64,000 bases of DNA, taken from Eledone cirrhosa (taxonomy: Eukaryota). Below, one piece after another: positions 53,201 to 61,115 of the stretch; position 1 is the stretch's first letter, and every line of letters starts with the position of its first letter. The position numbers were made by a program, and so were the translations under genes. The notes under the pieces were generated by a model. That model had not been told where the DNA came from, did not search any database, and saw nothing but the letters and a program-made list of their open reading frames with translations. The DNA lies in assembly GCA_964016885.1 (NCBI GenBank), contig OZ024745.1, positions 49,042,001 to 49,106,000 of the forward strand, in the 5' to 3' direction.

Positions 53201-56200
53201 ACATCCTATGCAACCCATTGCTTGAAAAAGGTTAGCCATGCCTGGTCTAATCCGTGGGTATCTCTCAACTAAATACCAGGGTTTTTTGTCCAGGGTTCTG
53301 CTAATCTTTTAAGGTGGATAAAAATATCTGAGAATATATCAGTAAAGTAACACAATTCTATAACAAGGATATATTGAGGTACAAGAAGAGTAAAGGAGTT
53401 TTGATTTGAATAAATATGCATTCAACAAATATGTAGAGAAGTATAAGCCATTATGATAAGGGATAAATAAAAAATTAAAATGATAGATAACAAAATATGA
53501 ATTGGTAATACTAAATCTAGTTAGAAATCTGCTATATACTTGGTTTAATTTATGTGTAAACCTATATTTTTATACAGAAGTTGCAGAGAAAGTACTTAAC
53601 CAATGTATTTCCACATCTAATAGTCCAGACAGTCATGACTATTCTATAACTTTCACATATAAATATTTGGATGACACCTATACTGACTGGTCAGCTAGTA
53701 AGGGCAGTGATCAAGCTTCAACGTCAGGTATGTACCATATACAATTAAAAATTAAGATTTTGATATATATATCTCCATGTAATTTGAATTAATGAAACCC
53801 ATAAAAAATAAAGATATATCATTATTTTGGCCCTTTATGGTCTGAGTTCAAATCCTGCCGAGGTTAACTTTGCCTTTCATCCTTACGGGGTTGATAAAAT
53901 AAAGTACCAGTGGAATAATTGCTGGCCTTGTGCCAAAAGTAGAAACAATTATTTTATATAGAAATGACTTCTACAGGATTAGAATTGTTTCATTCGTATG
54001 AAACAGTTCTAGTTTTGTAGAAGTAATTTTTATATAAAATATTGATATATATATATATTCTTTATACCATTGTATTGAGTGCCTTTTTCAGCTATTGTCA
54101 TTTCCTGATCCCCAGCAGGAATGCACCACCCTTATATATATATAAAAAGCACCCAGTTCACATTGTATAGAGGTCATGTTGGTGTCATGACAAAAAGCAC
54201 TCTGACTACCTACCAGTCCAGTTGATCTCGCTTCCTCTCTTGCTTATTAATACTTGTTCCCATCAACTTGTATTAAGTTATTCCATTCCTTCCTAAGGTT
54301 ACTAACCACACTTATGTGTGTGGCTTTGATTGTAAATTTTTACCATCCCATATCGGTATGTTGATATTTCTTCTTGTTTTGTTTTTTTTCCTCCAACGTT
54401 TGTTGTTGACTTCCCGAAGAGCTATCGAGGAATAGTTATTGATGCAATGTGGTGAATAGTCCTATCTTTAATGCATTCGAAACTAAAATGATCCACAGAA
54501 GACAGCCGATGAGTGGGAATTGTCTTTGAGTTTGTTTCTTATAAGTTTTCTGTTCCCTTTTCTCCCATTTGTTTTTTGAATAATATTTCCTAGTATCCAC
54601 ACAGCCCTATTTTCAAATCAACTATATATATATATATATATATATATTTTATTTTTCATTCTTACAGGTGGTTTCTATCATTGTTTATTGGTTTCTATAT
54701 ATTGTGGGAGTATTGTTAAGAGGTGTATGCTTGTTCAAAAGGCGTACAACTGCATTTTAGATGTCAAAATATTAAAATTTCACACGTGCATAGTTTCTGT
54801 TTACCAAATCTCACTCACAAGGTATTGGTCAACCAGAGACTATGATAGAAGGCATTTGCCCAAAGTAGTACACACTAATATTAAACTCTGAACCGTGTAG
54901 CTTAGAAGTGAACATCTTAACCATACAGCCATGCTAGCACCCATTTTCATTGTTGCGTTTCTCATCTTATTAATTTGTTATTCAGGTTTAACATATGATC
55001 ATGACTTTAAAGTGACACCAGAAGCAATTCCTTACACAAAAAATATGTCTATGTTGAAAAAGAACCATCCTTTGAACATAATGGTAAACATTTAACTCTT
55101 CATTTTAACAATATTTATTTCCTCTGTTCTAGTAAATCATGTTCGAGAAACAGATGTATCTTTTCAAGGACGTCATTGGCTCTGGCATTTTCAAGTTCTT
55201 TCATTATTTATCATTTAATGACTGTTTTCCCTGCTAGTTGAATGGATTTTCACAGACCATGTCTGTACTGAAGTGGGGCCACTGACTTCCCAGACAGGCC
55301 GGGGCTTTGTATTCCCCTTATATATGGTTCTGCATTCTACCAAGTACATTTTATTGTGAGACCAGCACTAGAGAGGTTGTCGTGTCCTTGACAGAACTGG
55401 AGGGTTCTCCCAACTGTTTGTTTGGCAAGTTTTCTATGGCTGGATTCCTTCCTATTTGTCTATATATTTCTTTAGCTCAACTTGAATACCCCTGTATGTT
55501 ACAAGAGGTGATTCAAAGAGTCAGCACTAGAAAGAACATCTGTCAGTAAAACATTGCCTTAAAAAGAACCCAGTGATGCATATTAAGCTTGTCATAGTGC
55601 TGACAAGACTAACCCTTACTTGTGCAGAAGAAATGGCCTTAAAACACATTTAATGAAAATCAACTTGTATCATTTTATGAGTTGTGTGAATGCAACAATT
55701 CTGAGTGAATCAATATTCCAAACAAATTGATGTTTTTCAGTATCTCTAAAGCCATTTCTACAAAATATAGTGAATTCATATGATTGCCTTTATTTTAGGT
55801 TTATTTATACCTAAAATAAATTTTTGGTCTTGAAGGATGTGCAAAGGCCATGGACACAGACCCTTCCTTCTGACAAATAACTATTAAAAATTAAGTTTTT
55901 TATTCAAGCATGTGTTTTTAAGACTACATTATACAACATCTCCTTCACCTTGAGGGAGCCATTTCTAGTAGCTTGTGTGGCAATGTAAAAGCTCCTTCAT
56001 TGGTTCATTGTAGTGTACCATAGCCTTCTATATATATATATATGGACTCATAACTTTTGATGGAATCTTAGGGGTGAACATAGTCAATTTCTTCCAGAGA
56101 AAGAGAGAGAGAGAAAGAGAGTGGAAGTGAGAAAGATAATAGAGAAGGAATCAATCTCACTATGTTGTCTATCCAACTCACCAATATAATGGTTTAAAAC

Positions 56201-59200
56201 ATTTTTTTATTCCCATTTAGGCCGAGAATAATCAAGAAATCTTACTATCTCATCCTGTTGTTAAACAACTCTTGAGCTATAAATGGTCTTCATTTGGTGC
56301 ACCTTTATATTATGTGAATCTCTTCATCTATTTGATCTTTCTCGTCTTTTTTACTGGCTACATTTTACAAGCAAAGCCACCTGAACCGTAAGTGTCTCGT
56401 CATGTTATTATTTTGTCATTGCATTTAAAGTTAGATAAAAAAAAACGTCAGGCAATCAGGTTGTTGTTGATGCTGCATTTTCTTTTTTAATATTTAGTCA
56501 GCGAAGGGCAGTGGGTTGGCAGTATTGGTAGAACGTCAGACAACATGCTTTGTAGCATAGAGTTACAACCCTTTACGTTCTAAGTTCCAATCCTTCCAAG
56601 GTTAGCTATGCCTTTCATCCTTATGGGGTCAATAAAATAAAGTACCAGTAATGTAATGGAGTCTTTAATCGATTTTCCCCTCCTCCAGAATTGTTGGCCT
56701 TGTGCCTAAATCAGAAACCAAGATTTAGTCATCAGAGAGTGAAGGGTAGTGCCATAACCTTTTTCAGCACCTTTGACACATACAGGAAGGAGGAATGTGT
56801 TATACTTTACTATTTAAAAAAATATATATATGCTGTGTGCATCCTGGCTTTTAAGAATAGATACAGTGTCCCTGTGTACCATAAGAGGTGACTAGAATGG
56901 TTGGTGTCAGGAGGGACATCTGGTTTTAAAACTTTGTCTCAAAACATTCTGTCCAACCCATGACAACATGGAAAATAGGACATAAGCTGTTGATATATCT
57001 GAAACTACATTGGGAAATGTAATATTAGAAACATAATGCCGGGAAAAACATACAATGGTCAAAGATGGAACAGCTTTGGATATAAGTTTGTTCAGTAAGG
57101 ACTGACTTGGGGACAGTTGTTCAGTGACAATAAATTACCATACACCGTCCATTCTCAAATGAGAATATTTTAACTCAGTATTATAAACCAGAACATTATG
57201 TATCTATCTTATCTGTTTCTGCAGTCAGGATAAATTATGGTAGTGTTTTTTTATTTTTTTTTATTTTGAGTTTCTTTAAATTCTTTGTTACCATATTTCT
57301 TACAAAAAATACGGTCTATGATTTTCAAACAATTTTGAAAATAATCAAGAATTTGACAGGATTTAGTAATGTAATCAACTTTTTCAATACTTAGCTAGTG
57401 TTTGGAGCTTAATCTGGCAAAGGGTCTTACATAAAAATTTGAAGGAAGGTTTTCAGATAAATATAAACACTTTAAATAAAACATTTAAAAAAAAAATCAA
57501 ACATTTTTTTTAAAATCATAGAATGAGGGGTCGATTCAAAGGGGGGGGGGGGTACCAAAAGATTTAATTCTCTTTCATTGAAGAATGTTCAGTGAAAATT
57601 AGAATGAATAAATCTTGAAAATGTTACTATTTCAGTGGAGCTGTCTACTATGATTCACAGAACAACTGCATTGCTACTGAGATGAATTCGGGCTTCTTTA
57701 TCAACTATGGGAAATATGTGGTCATTGTTCTTAGTGTACTTATGTTATTACGAGAGGTGAGAACATAGGCAAAAAGCCTTATTTCATAATATTGAAGCTT
57801 TTCTACTTACGTCATTTAATAGTGTTTAAAGATGTTCTAGATCATCACCACCACACTACTACCATCACCACCACCACCACCACCAACACCACTGTCACCA
57901 CCAACACCACTACCACTATCACCCCAACCACCACCATCACCATGACATCAACCACCGGCACCACTATCACTATCACCCCAACCACCACCATCATCACATC
58001 ACCACAAATATGATTGAAATAGTTTATGTTCAGATTTGCCAATAATTTATGATGTGTATTGAACCAATTCTTTTTTATGTCACTTCATATTTTTTTTTAA
58101 TATGCATATACATATTTGTTAGGTTTTCAATAACACAAACACACCATGATTCAGAAAAAAGGCATATATGGACCCATATATGCCTTTATACATTTAACCC
58201 TTTAGCATTTAAACTGGCCATATTCGGCCAGAATTCTCTCACCTCTTTCAAACCAGCTGTAACCAGCTGCTCATACTGATGTTAAGGTATTGTTCTCAAA
58301 ATAAATAACATCAAAATCTCATAGATTCAATATTATGTGAGATAATTATGTGAGGTAAAGTGTTTACAATGAAAATATAATAATAAATATAGAGTAATGT
58401 AAATGTTAAATGGTTAAGATATTATTTTAAAAAAGGTTTTTATTTTCTTACTGTTTAATATTTCCAATTTTATATTTCAGATCTTCCAGTTAACTCAAGC
58501 TGGGCTTGGCTATTTGACCTATATAAATCTTCTAGAATGGGTCACCTACATCTTTGCTATTCTTTTTGTCCTTGGCTTTAGTGAATGTCAACAGAAAATA
58601 GTTTATATTGAGGTAAGACAGATTGGAGTAAATTATCTAGTAGTCTATTTTAAAGCTGTCACACTGAAACTGCAGCGGTTTCATTTATTTTGTTCTTTTA
58701 TATTCAGTTTTCTATCCCAGCAAGAGGAGAGTATTTTCCCTTCTTGTTGCAAGTTTGAACTTTTGGATATTATTATCAGAATTATTTTACAAATAGATGC
58801 CTTCCTTACTGCCTACCATGGTGTACTCATAAAATGGAGTTTATAAACTACTAAGATAGTTTGCTGGAATTGATAAGTTCTATTGCCCAGAGTACTTTAC
58901 AAATATTACAAGTAGTTGTAGGGAAAATATAATAGTAAGAATACAGGTGCAGGTAAAGGGAGCTGTTACTTTACCTTTTTTATTGGCAACAATAGATTTG
59001 TGTGTGTGTGTGTGAAGCACATATGCTGTTTGCTAATGAGATATGGGCATTGAATATTGACTACCTGCAAAGGATAGGAAGAAAGGTGATGAGTTTAGTC
59101 GATTGGATATGAAATGTTAATCAATGTAAAACTTGGAACACAAAAGTGCTGAGAGAATGACTGAGTATTAGCAGAAGAGATGCTTGCACTAGTTGAAATA

Positions 59201-59979
59201 TATGATAAGTAAATAATTGTTTCTACTATTGGCACAAGGCCAGCAATTACCCAGTACATTACTGGCACTTTATTTTATCGACCCCGTAAGGATGAAAGGC
59301 AAAGTTAACCTTGGCGGGATTTGAACTCAGAATGGCGTCAAAGCATGTGCTTGATAAAAACATGTATGTTTAATTTGAAGGATTCTCATAGCAGAGGAAT
59401 ACTGAGGAAGACATAGGAAGAAGTGAAGGTGGCAGATCTCAGACTTTTGGAACATACATGCAAGGCTTTTAAGAGAAATTTTGCAGGATAGAGCAAAGCT
59501 TCTTTTTGACTCAGTGGAGGATAGTCCTTTCAAAATTCAAAGATGCTGAATTTTTTTTTCTTGAGCGGTATGTCAGATGTTCACATAGCCCTCCTTGTCT
59601 CTATATGTCCCAGCCTTATTTACTAGTTAAATCCACCTCTTATAGACACTACTTACACTGATATGGTATTATGCAGCCCTGTCTAGCCCATGCCAGTATC
59701 CACAATTGGATGGAACATCAAAATGATAATGCTGGTGTTTCATGTTTAGCCATAATTTTATATCTTTTATATTTTTCTCATAATTTACATTGTAATTTCT
59801 ATATATCAAGACTTCTGGTGCTAAGGGGATCTGGAGGCTTAAGCCCCTCCAATAATTTGTTTCAATATAATTGTGCTTTGGTTTTTTCTACACTGATTTC
59901 CTATTGATTCTAAATATGTTAGTATAATCATGTTTTTAATTTCTTCCTTAGACTTGTATTGGTGATAAAATGTGTGAGC

Positions 59980-60013
<34 letters not shown>

Positions 60014-60740
60014 CTCTACTTTTGGCACGAGGCCAGCAATTACCTAGTGCATTACTGGTACTTTATTTTATCAACCCTGTAAGAATGAAAGGCAAAGTTA
60101 ACCTCGACCGTAAAGGGACGTAACTATGCTGGAAAGCATGGCGTCCGACCCTCTACTGATATTGCCAATTCACCGCAATAATAATAACAATACACATGTA
60201 CAGTATATATACTTAAACTCCACCCCCAATCCCCAAAGTAACAGAAACTTTGTATATTATTTGTCACTTAAATGGTGGTGGATTGGTAGAGTCATTAGAG
60301 CATCAGACAAATGCTTAGCGGTATTTATTCTGGCTCTTTACTTTCTGAGTTCAAATTCCACAGAGGTCAACTTTGCCTTTCATCCTTCTGAGATTGATAG
60401 AATAAAGACCCAGTTAAGTACTGTGTTTGATATATTTGATTTCCCCTTTCCTTAACTTGCTGGCCTTGTGCCAGTTCTCACTTAAATCATGTAAAATGAC
60501 TATTTTATTTGTTTTTTTATTTATTTTCTTTATTTAAAGGAATGGCAGTGGCATGTTGGATCACTAGGAATATTTTTAGCATGGATTGACTTGGTGCTCT
60601 ACGTACAGAAAGTACCTCGTTTTGGTATCTATGTTGTTATGTTTACAGATATTCTGTATACATTTATACAGTTTGCTGTTGTCTTTGCACTCTTCATTGT
60701 TGCATTTGCATTTGGATTTTTTGCCTTGTTGCGTCAACGA
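18484..60740 (+). CDS. TRPA1: TRPA-family (TRPA1-homolog) cation channel, exons 1-20; 3' end outside the window
   Basis: Twenty GT-AG exons join in frame. They encode about 17 ankyrin repeats, the linker TPMRKLIRKMPEVAEKVLNQC, pre-S1 LLSHPVVKQLLSYKW, and S1-S5 including NLLEW, WQWHVG and FGIYVVMF. Confidence 0.93.
19470..19632 (+). mobile_element. RTE/BovB-like LINE 3' end with terminal C2H2 finger
   Basis: HKCSVCTRVFKSLAGLKSHTRSAHR*, then a short UTR and an (ATGT)n tail. A similar remnant lies at 44700-44835 (YRCNICSCECRSWNGLSSHMNVH). Confidence 0.6.
21232..22388 (-). mobile_element. RTE LINE 3' fragment with internally repeated 3'UTR
   Basis: Contains GRPRKAWDEVIKAD. Several ~45 bp CCACTTTACAGGGTGGAC subrepeats lie at 21400-21700. 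Confidence 0.8.
22438..23487. mobile_element. Two RTE 3' ends arranged tail to tail (22438-22786 plus, 22801-23487 minus)
   Basis: Both carry the GGAAGGGCATCCAGC 3'UTR motif and GAT tails that meet at a (TA)n spacer. Confidence 0.8.
23872..23957. mobile_element. Tiny Tc1/mariner-like MITE
   Basis: TA|CAGGGTGCCCAAAA...TTTTGGGACACTCTG|TA. Related copies lie at about 19152-19216 and 51507-51590. Confidence 0.6.
24075..24340 (+). pseudogene. Penelope-like element GIY-YIG endonuclease C-terminal remnant
   Basis: TFKSCFSQHLHTF...NSTSLSKYIWQLKD...IK, then CHLCTTEKLNIL...LNSRE. This matches the ST.LSK.IW.LK / C.LC..EK / LN.R.E pattern I recall for PLE endonucleases. Confidence 0.75.
24353..24581 (-). 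mobile_element. TTAA-flanked MITE
   Basis: Reverse-orientation copy of 4883-5101 with the same terminal inverted repeats. Confidence 0.75.
25427..26440 (-). mobile_element. Non-autonomous Helitron (~1 kb)
   Basis: The minus strand starts A|TC, followed by (GT)n/(GTCT)n. It ends in the hairpin TACCCAG-GCAACG-CTGGGTA, 6 nt, then CTAG|T. Internal tandem repeats have a 173 bp period. Confidence 0.85.
26521..26853 (-). mobile_element. tRNA-derived SINE, family A (RTE-derived 3' tail)
   Basis: Reverse-complement match to 39436-39826. Confidence 0.85.
26856..26917. repeat. (CT)n microsatellite
   Basis: About 30 uninterrupted CT units. Confidence 0.95.
27081..27352. repeat. Diverged tandem duplication, period about 143 bp
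   Basis: ACGTT(C/T)CTGGCAA...GCAAAGACAAAACCACGT...TAGG occurs twice. Confidence 0.8.
27561..28305 (-). mobile_element. Non-coding, terminally redundant hammerhead-bearing element (Penelope pLTR-like or retrozyme-like)
   Basis: A ~60 bp direct repeat occurs at 27561-27621 and 28247-28305 (offset 686 bp). The unit has a central hammerhead and (TA)n on both sides. Confidence 0.7.
27861..27941 (-). ncRNA. Type I hammerhead ribozyme
   Basis: GUUUC CUGAUGA GUUCG-[39 nt structured insert]-CGAAC GAAA CCC UAA GGG UA^ GAAAC. The core is complete and stems I, II and III all pair. Confidence 0.9.
28375..28800 (+). mobile_element. tRNA-derived SINE, family A
   Basis: A box, B box GAGTTCAATTC, CCTTGAGCAAGACACTT core, RTE-type 3'UTR and (GAT)n tail. 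Confidence 0.88.
28954..29143 (+). mobile_element. tRNA-derived SINE, family B
   Basis: Full length, with a 16 bp target-site duplication ATTATTGCTACATGAA. Confidence 0.9.
29723..29914 (-). mobile_element. tRNA-derived SINE, family B
   Basis: Full length, with target-site duplication TTTATTCTCAATTATAAT. Confidence 0.9.
31942..32281 (-). mobile_element. tRNA-derived SINE, family A
   Basis: Full length, from a GGAGGCACATGGCTTAGTGG head to a (GAT)n tail. Confidence 0.88.
33658..35453 (-). mobile_element. Young 5'-truncated RTE-clade LINE with an uninterrupted 464-codon RT frame (34059-35453)
   Basis: RT motifs QFGF, AFVDLEKAFD, GVHQGSVLSPLLF and YADD, a C4HC3 finger, a 3'UTR and a (GAT)n tail. 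The AP endonuclease is missing. Confidence 0.95.
35708..35882 (+). CDS. TRPA1: TRPA exon 2
   Basis: tttcag|TGT GCT CGA...GGT GCA A|gtaagg; contains SPLHYAVRYG. Confidence 0.9.
37323..37925 (-). mobile_element. RTE LINE 3' fragment
   Basis: Contains ERRLRWYGHVMRM...GRPKMTWDEVIKAD. Near-identical inverted partner at 50687-51218. Confidence 0.9.
39031..39137 (+). CDS. TRPA1: TRPA exon 3
   Basis: gacag|AT ATC AAT...GAA GCT|gtaagt; contains QPLHFAAKY. Confidence 0.88.
39175..39372. mobile_element. Imperfect palindrome plus tail; paralog of 2612-2820
   Basis: Arms TAGGAAAAGAGTCAGGACCCCG.../...CGGGGTCCTGACTCTTTTCCTA and the same tail CTCTACTACCCTAAGTATTGAGTACT, with (TA)n flanks. Confidence 0.7.
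39436..39826 (+). mobile_element. tRNA-derived SINE, family A
   Basis: A and B boxes, CORE-like block, RTE 3'UTR and (GAT)n tail. Confidence 0.88.
40178..40768 (-). mobile_element. RTE/RTEX-like LINE fragment with 5' inversion
   Basis: The minus strand encodes LDGTYTRLL...RRVRFAGHCHR through to the tail. The plus strand 40529-40768 encodes the upstream part, GLHLNEGKTEY...FKYLG...KIRLFQVT. Confidence 0.8.
41046..41216 (+). CDS. TRPA1: TRPA exon 4
   Basis: ttcag|CCT GAA...ATT GAT|gtaagt; contains TPLHFAAMRG. Confidence 0.9.
41952..42170 (+). CDS. TRPA1: TRPA exon 5
   Basis: atcag|AAA ATG GAC...TAT GAA|gtaagt; two ankyrin repeats. Confidence 0.9.
43450..43543 (+). CDS. TRPA1: TRPA exon 6
   Basis: tttag|TTG GTT GCT...CGA G|gtaaat; contains KTCLHAAIDGG. 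Confidence 0.88.
43776..43971 (+). CDS. TRPA1: TRPA exon 7
   Basis: tttag|GT GCA GAT...AAC TG|gtatgg; contains MPLHRAA and TPLHKAA. Confidence 0.9.
45105..45288 (+). CDS. TRPA1: TRPA exon 8
   Basis: cttag|T GGT GCT...CTC AAG|gttatt. Confidence 0.88.
45345..45617. repeat. Polypyrimidine low-complexity tract
   Basis: About 270 bp of almost pure T/C. Confidence 0.95.
45947..46054 (+). CDS. TRPA1: TRPA exon 9
   Basis: tttag|AAA CTT...TTG ATG|gtaaca; contains RPLHVAAQEG. Confidence 0.9.
46892..46980 (+). CDS. TRPA1: TRPA exon 10
   Basis: ttcag|ATT CTT...ACT AA|gtaagc; contains TPIHLASKCG. Confidence 0.9.
47098..47288 (+). mobile_element. SINE family B nested in an older related SINE
   Basis: Target-site duplication ATTATTTGTTCTAG; the older copy resumes at about 47290. 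Confidence 0.8.
48036..48182 (+). CDS. TRPA1: TRPA exon 11
   Basis: aacag|T GTT GTC...GCA GT|gtaagt; contains TPLHIAALNG. Confidence 0.9.
48902..49013 (+). CDS. TRPA1: TRPA exon 12
   Basis: ttcag|T AAC AAT...TCT AAG|gtttgt; contains WTPLDCAAANG. Confidence 0.88.
49448..49584 (+). CDS. TRPA1: TRPA exon 13
   Basis: tgtag|ACA ACT CCC...AAC AA|gtaagg; contains TPLHLACRNG and NCLDLAID. Confidence 0.9.
50687..51218 (+). mobile_element. RTE LINE 3' fragment
   Basis: WYGHVMRMKDDSCIKRC...TWDEVIKAD, followed by 3'UTR and (GAT)n tail. Confidence 0.9.
51253..51437 (+). mobile_element. tRNA-derived SINE, family B
   Basis: Matches 51901-52091. Confidence 0.85.
51687..51808 (+). CDS. TRPA1: TRPA exon 14
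   Basis: ttcag|T GAT GTT...CCA G|gtgaaa; contains RWEEAM...TPMRKLIRKMP. Confidence 0.9.
51901..52091 (+). mobile_element. tRNA-derived SINE, family B (reference copy)
   Basis: B box, GCCTTTCATCC...GTACCAG core and ATTATT tail. Further full or partial copies lie near 1625, 7818, 13248, 49731, 53828, 56505, 59213, 60013 and 60272. Confidence 0.88.
53578..53727 (+). CDS. TRPA1: TRPA exon 15
   Basis: tacag|AA GTT GCA...TCA G|gtatgt; contains EVAEKVLNQC...YKYLDDTY. Confidence 0.9.
54986..55083 (+). CDS. TRPA1: TRPA exon 16
   Basis: ttcag|GT TTA ACA...ATA ATG|gtaaac; contains KKNHPLNIM. Confidence 0.88.
56221..56387 (+). CDS. TRPA1: TRPA exon 17 (pre-S1, S1)
   Basis: tttag|GCC GAG...GAA CC|gtaagt; contains LLSHPVVKQLLSYKW. 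Confidence 0.92.
57636..57756 (+). CDS. TRPA1: TRPA exon 18 (S2)
   Basis: ttcag|T GGA GCT...CGA GAG|gtgaga. Confidence 0.88.
57843..58003. repeat. (ACC/ACT/ATC)n low-complexity repeat
   Basis: Degenerate trinucleotide run in intron 18. Confidence 0.9.
58194..58417 (+). mobile_element. TTAA-flanked MITE
   Basis: Copy of 4883-5101. Confidence 0.75.
58481..58612 (+). CDS. TRPA1: TRPA exon 19 (S3)
   Basis: ttcag|ATC TTC CAG...ATT GAG|gtaaga; contains NLLEWVTY. Confidence 0.9.
60540..60740 (+). CDS. TRPA1: TRPA exon 20 (S4-S5)
   Basis: taaag|GAA TGG CAG TGG...CAA CGA|gtaagt; contains PRFGIYVVMFTDI. Confidence 0.92.
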
Positions 60741-61115
60741 GTAAGTCTAGTAATTTTTCACTTTACATCTTTTGTTTATACATTCAATCACCTGACCTAT
60801 ACATTTTGTCTTCATTGACATTTGTATCATAAATTCATTGCAGTACAGTAAATAATTAATCTCTAATTTCACTGCATGGTGACTACCTAATGTGGCAATA
60901 TATTGTTGGTAAATTCTGAATTCAAATTCAATTTATGGATATGTATATATGTAAATCCAACCATAAACAGTCGATTGACCTCATTTGCTTAATGAGTGGA
61001 TCTCGTCAAATCGGACTGAGGAAACAATATTTCCATTGATCTTTCTAATTGCTAATACTATCTACCAGTCACAAATCCAGGCAGAAGGAGCAATGTGAAA
61101 TAAAGTATATTTCAA

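Noticed and set aside
54410-54530. CCGAAGA...CGAAAC hammerhead-like text in a TA-flanked segment
   Set aside because: Stems could not be assigned consistently. It may be an old PLE remnant, but it is too decayed to call.
57792-58013. His/Thr-rich mucin-like ORF
   Set aside because: It is an intronic trinucleotide low-complexity repeat with no splice support.
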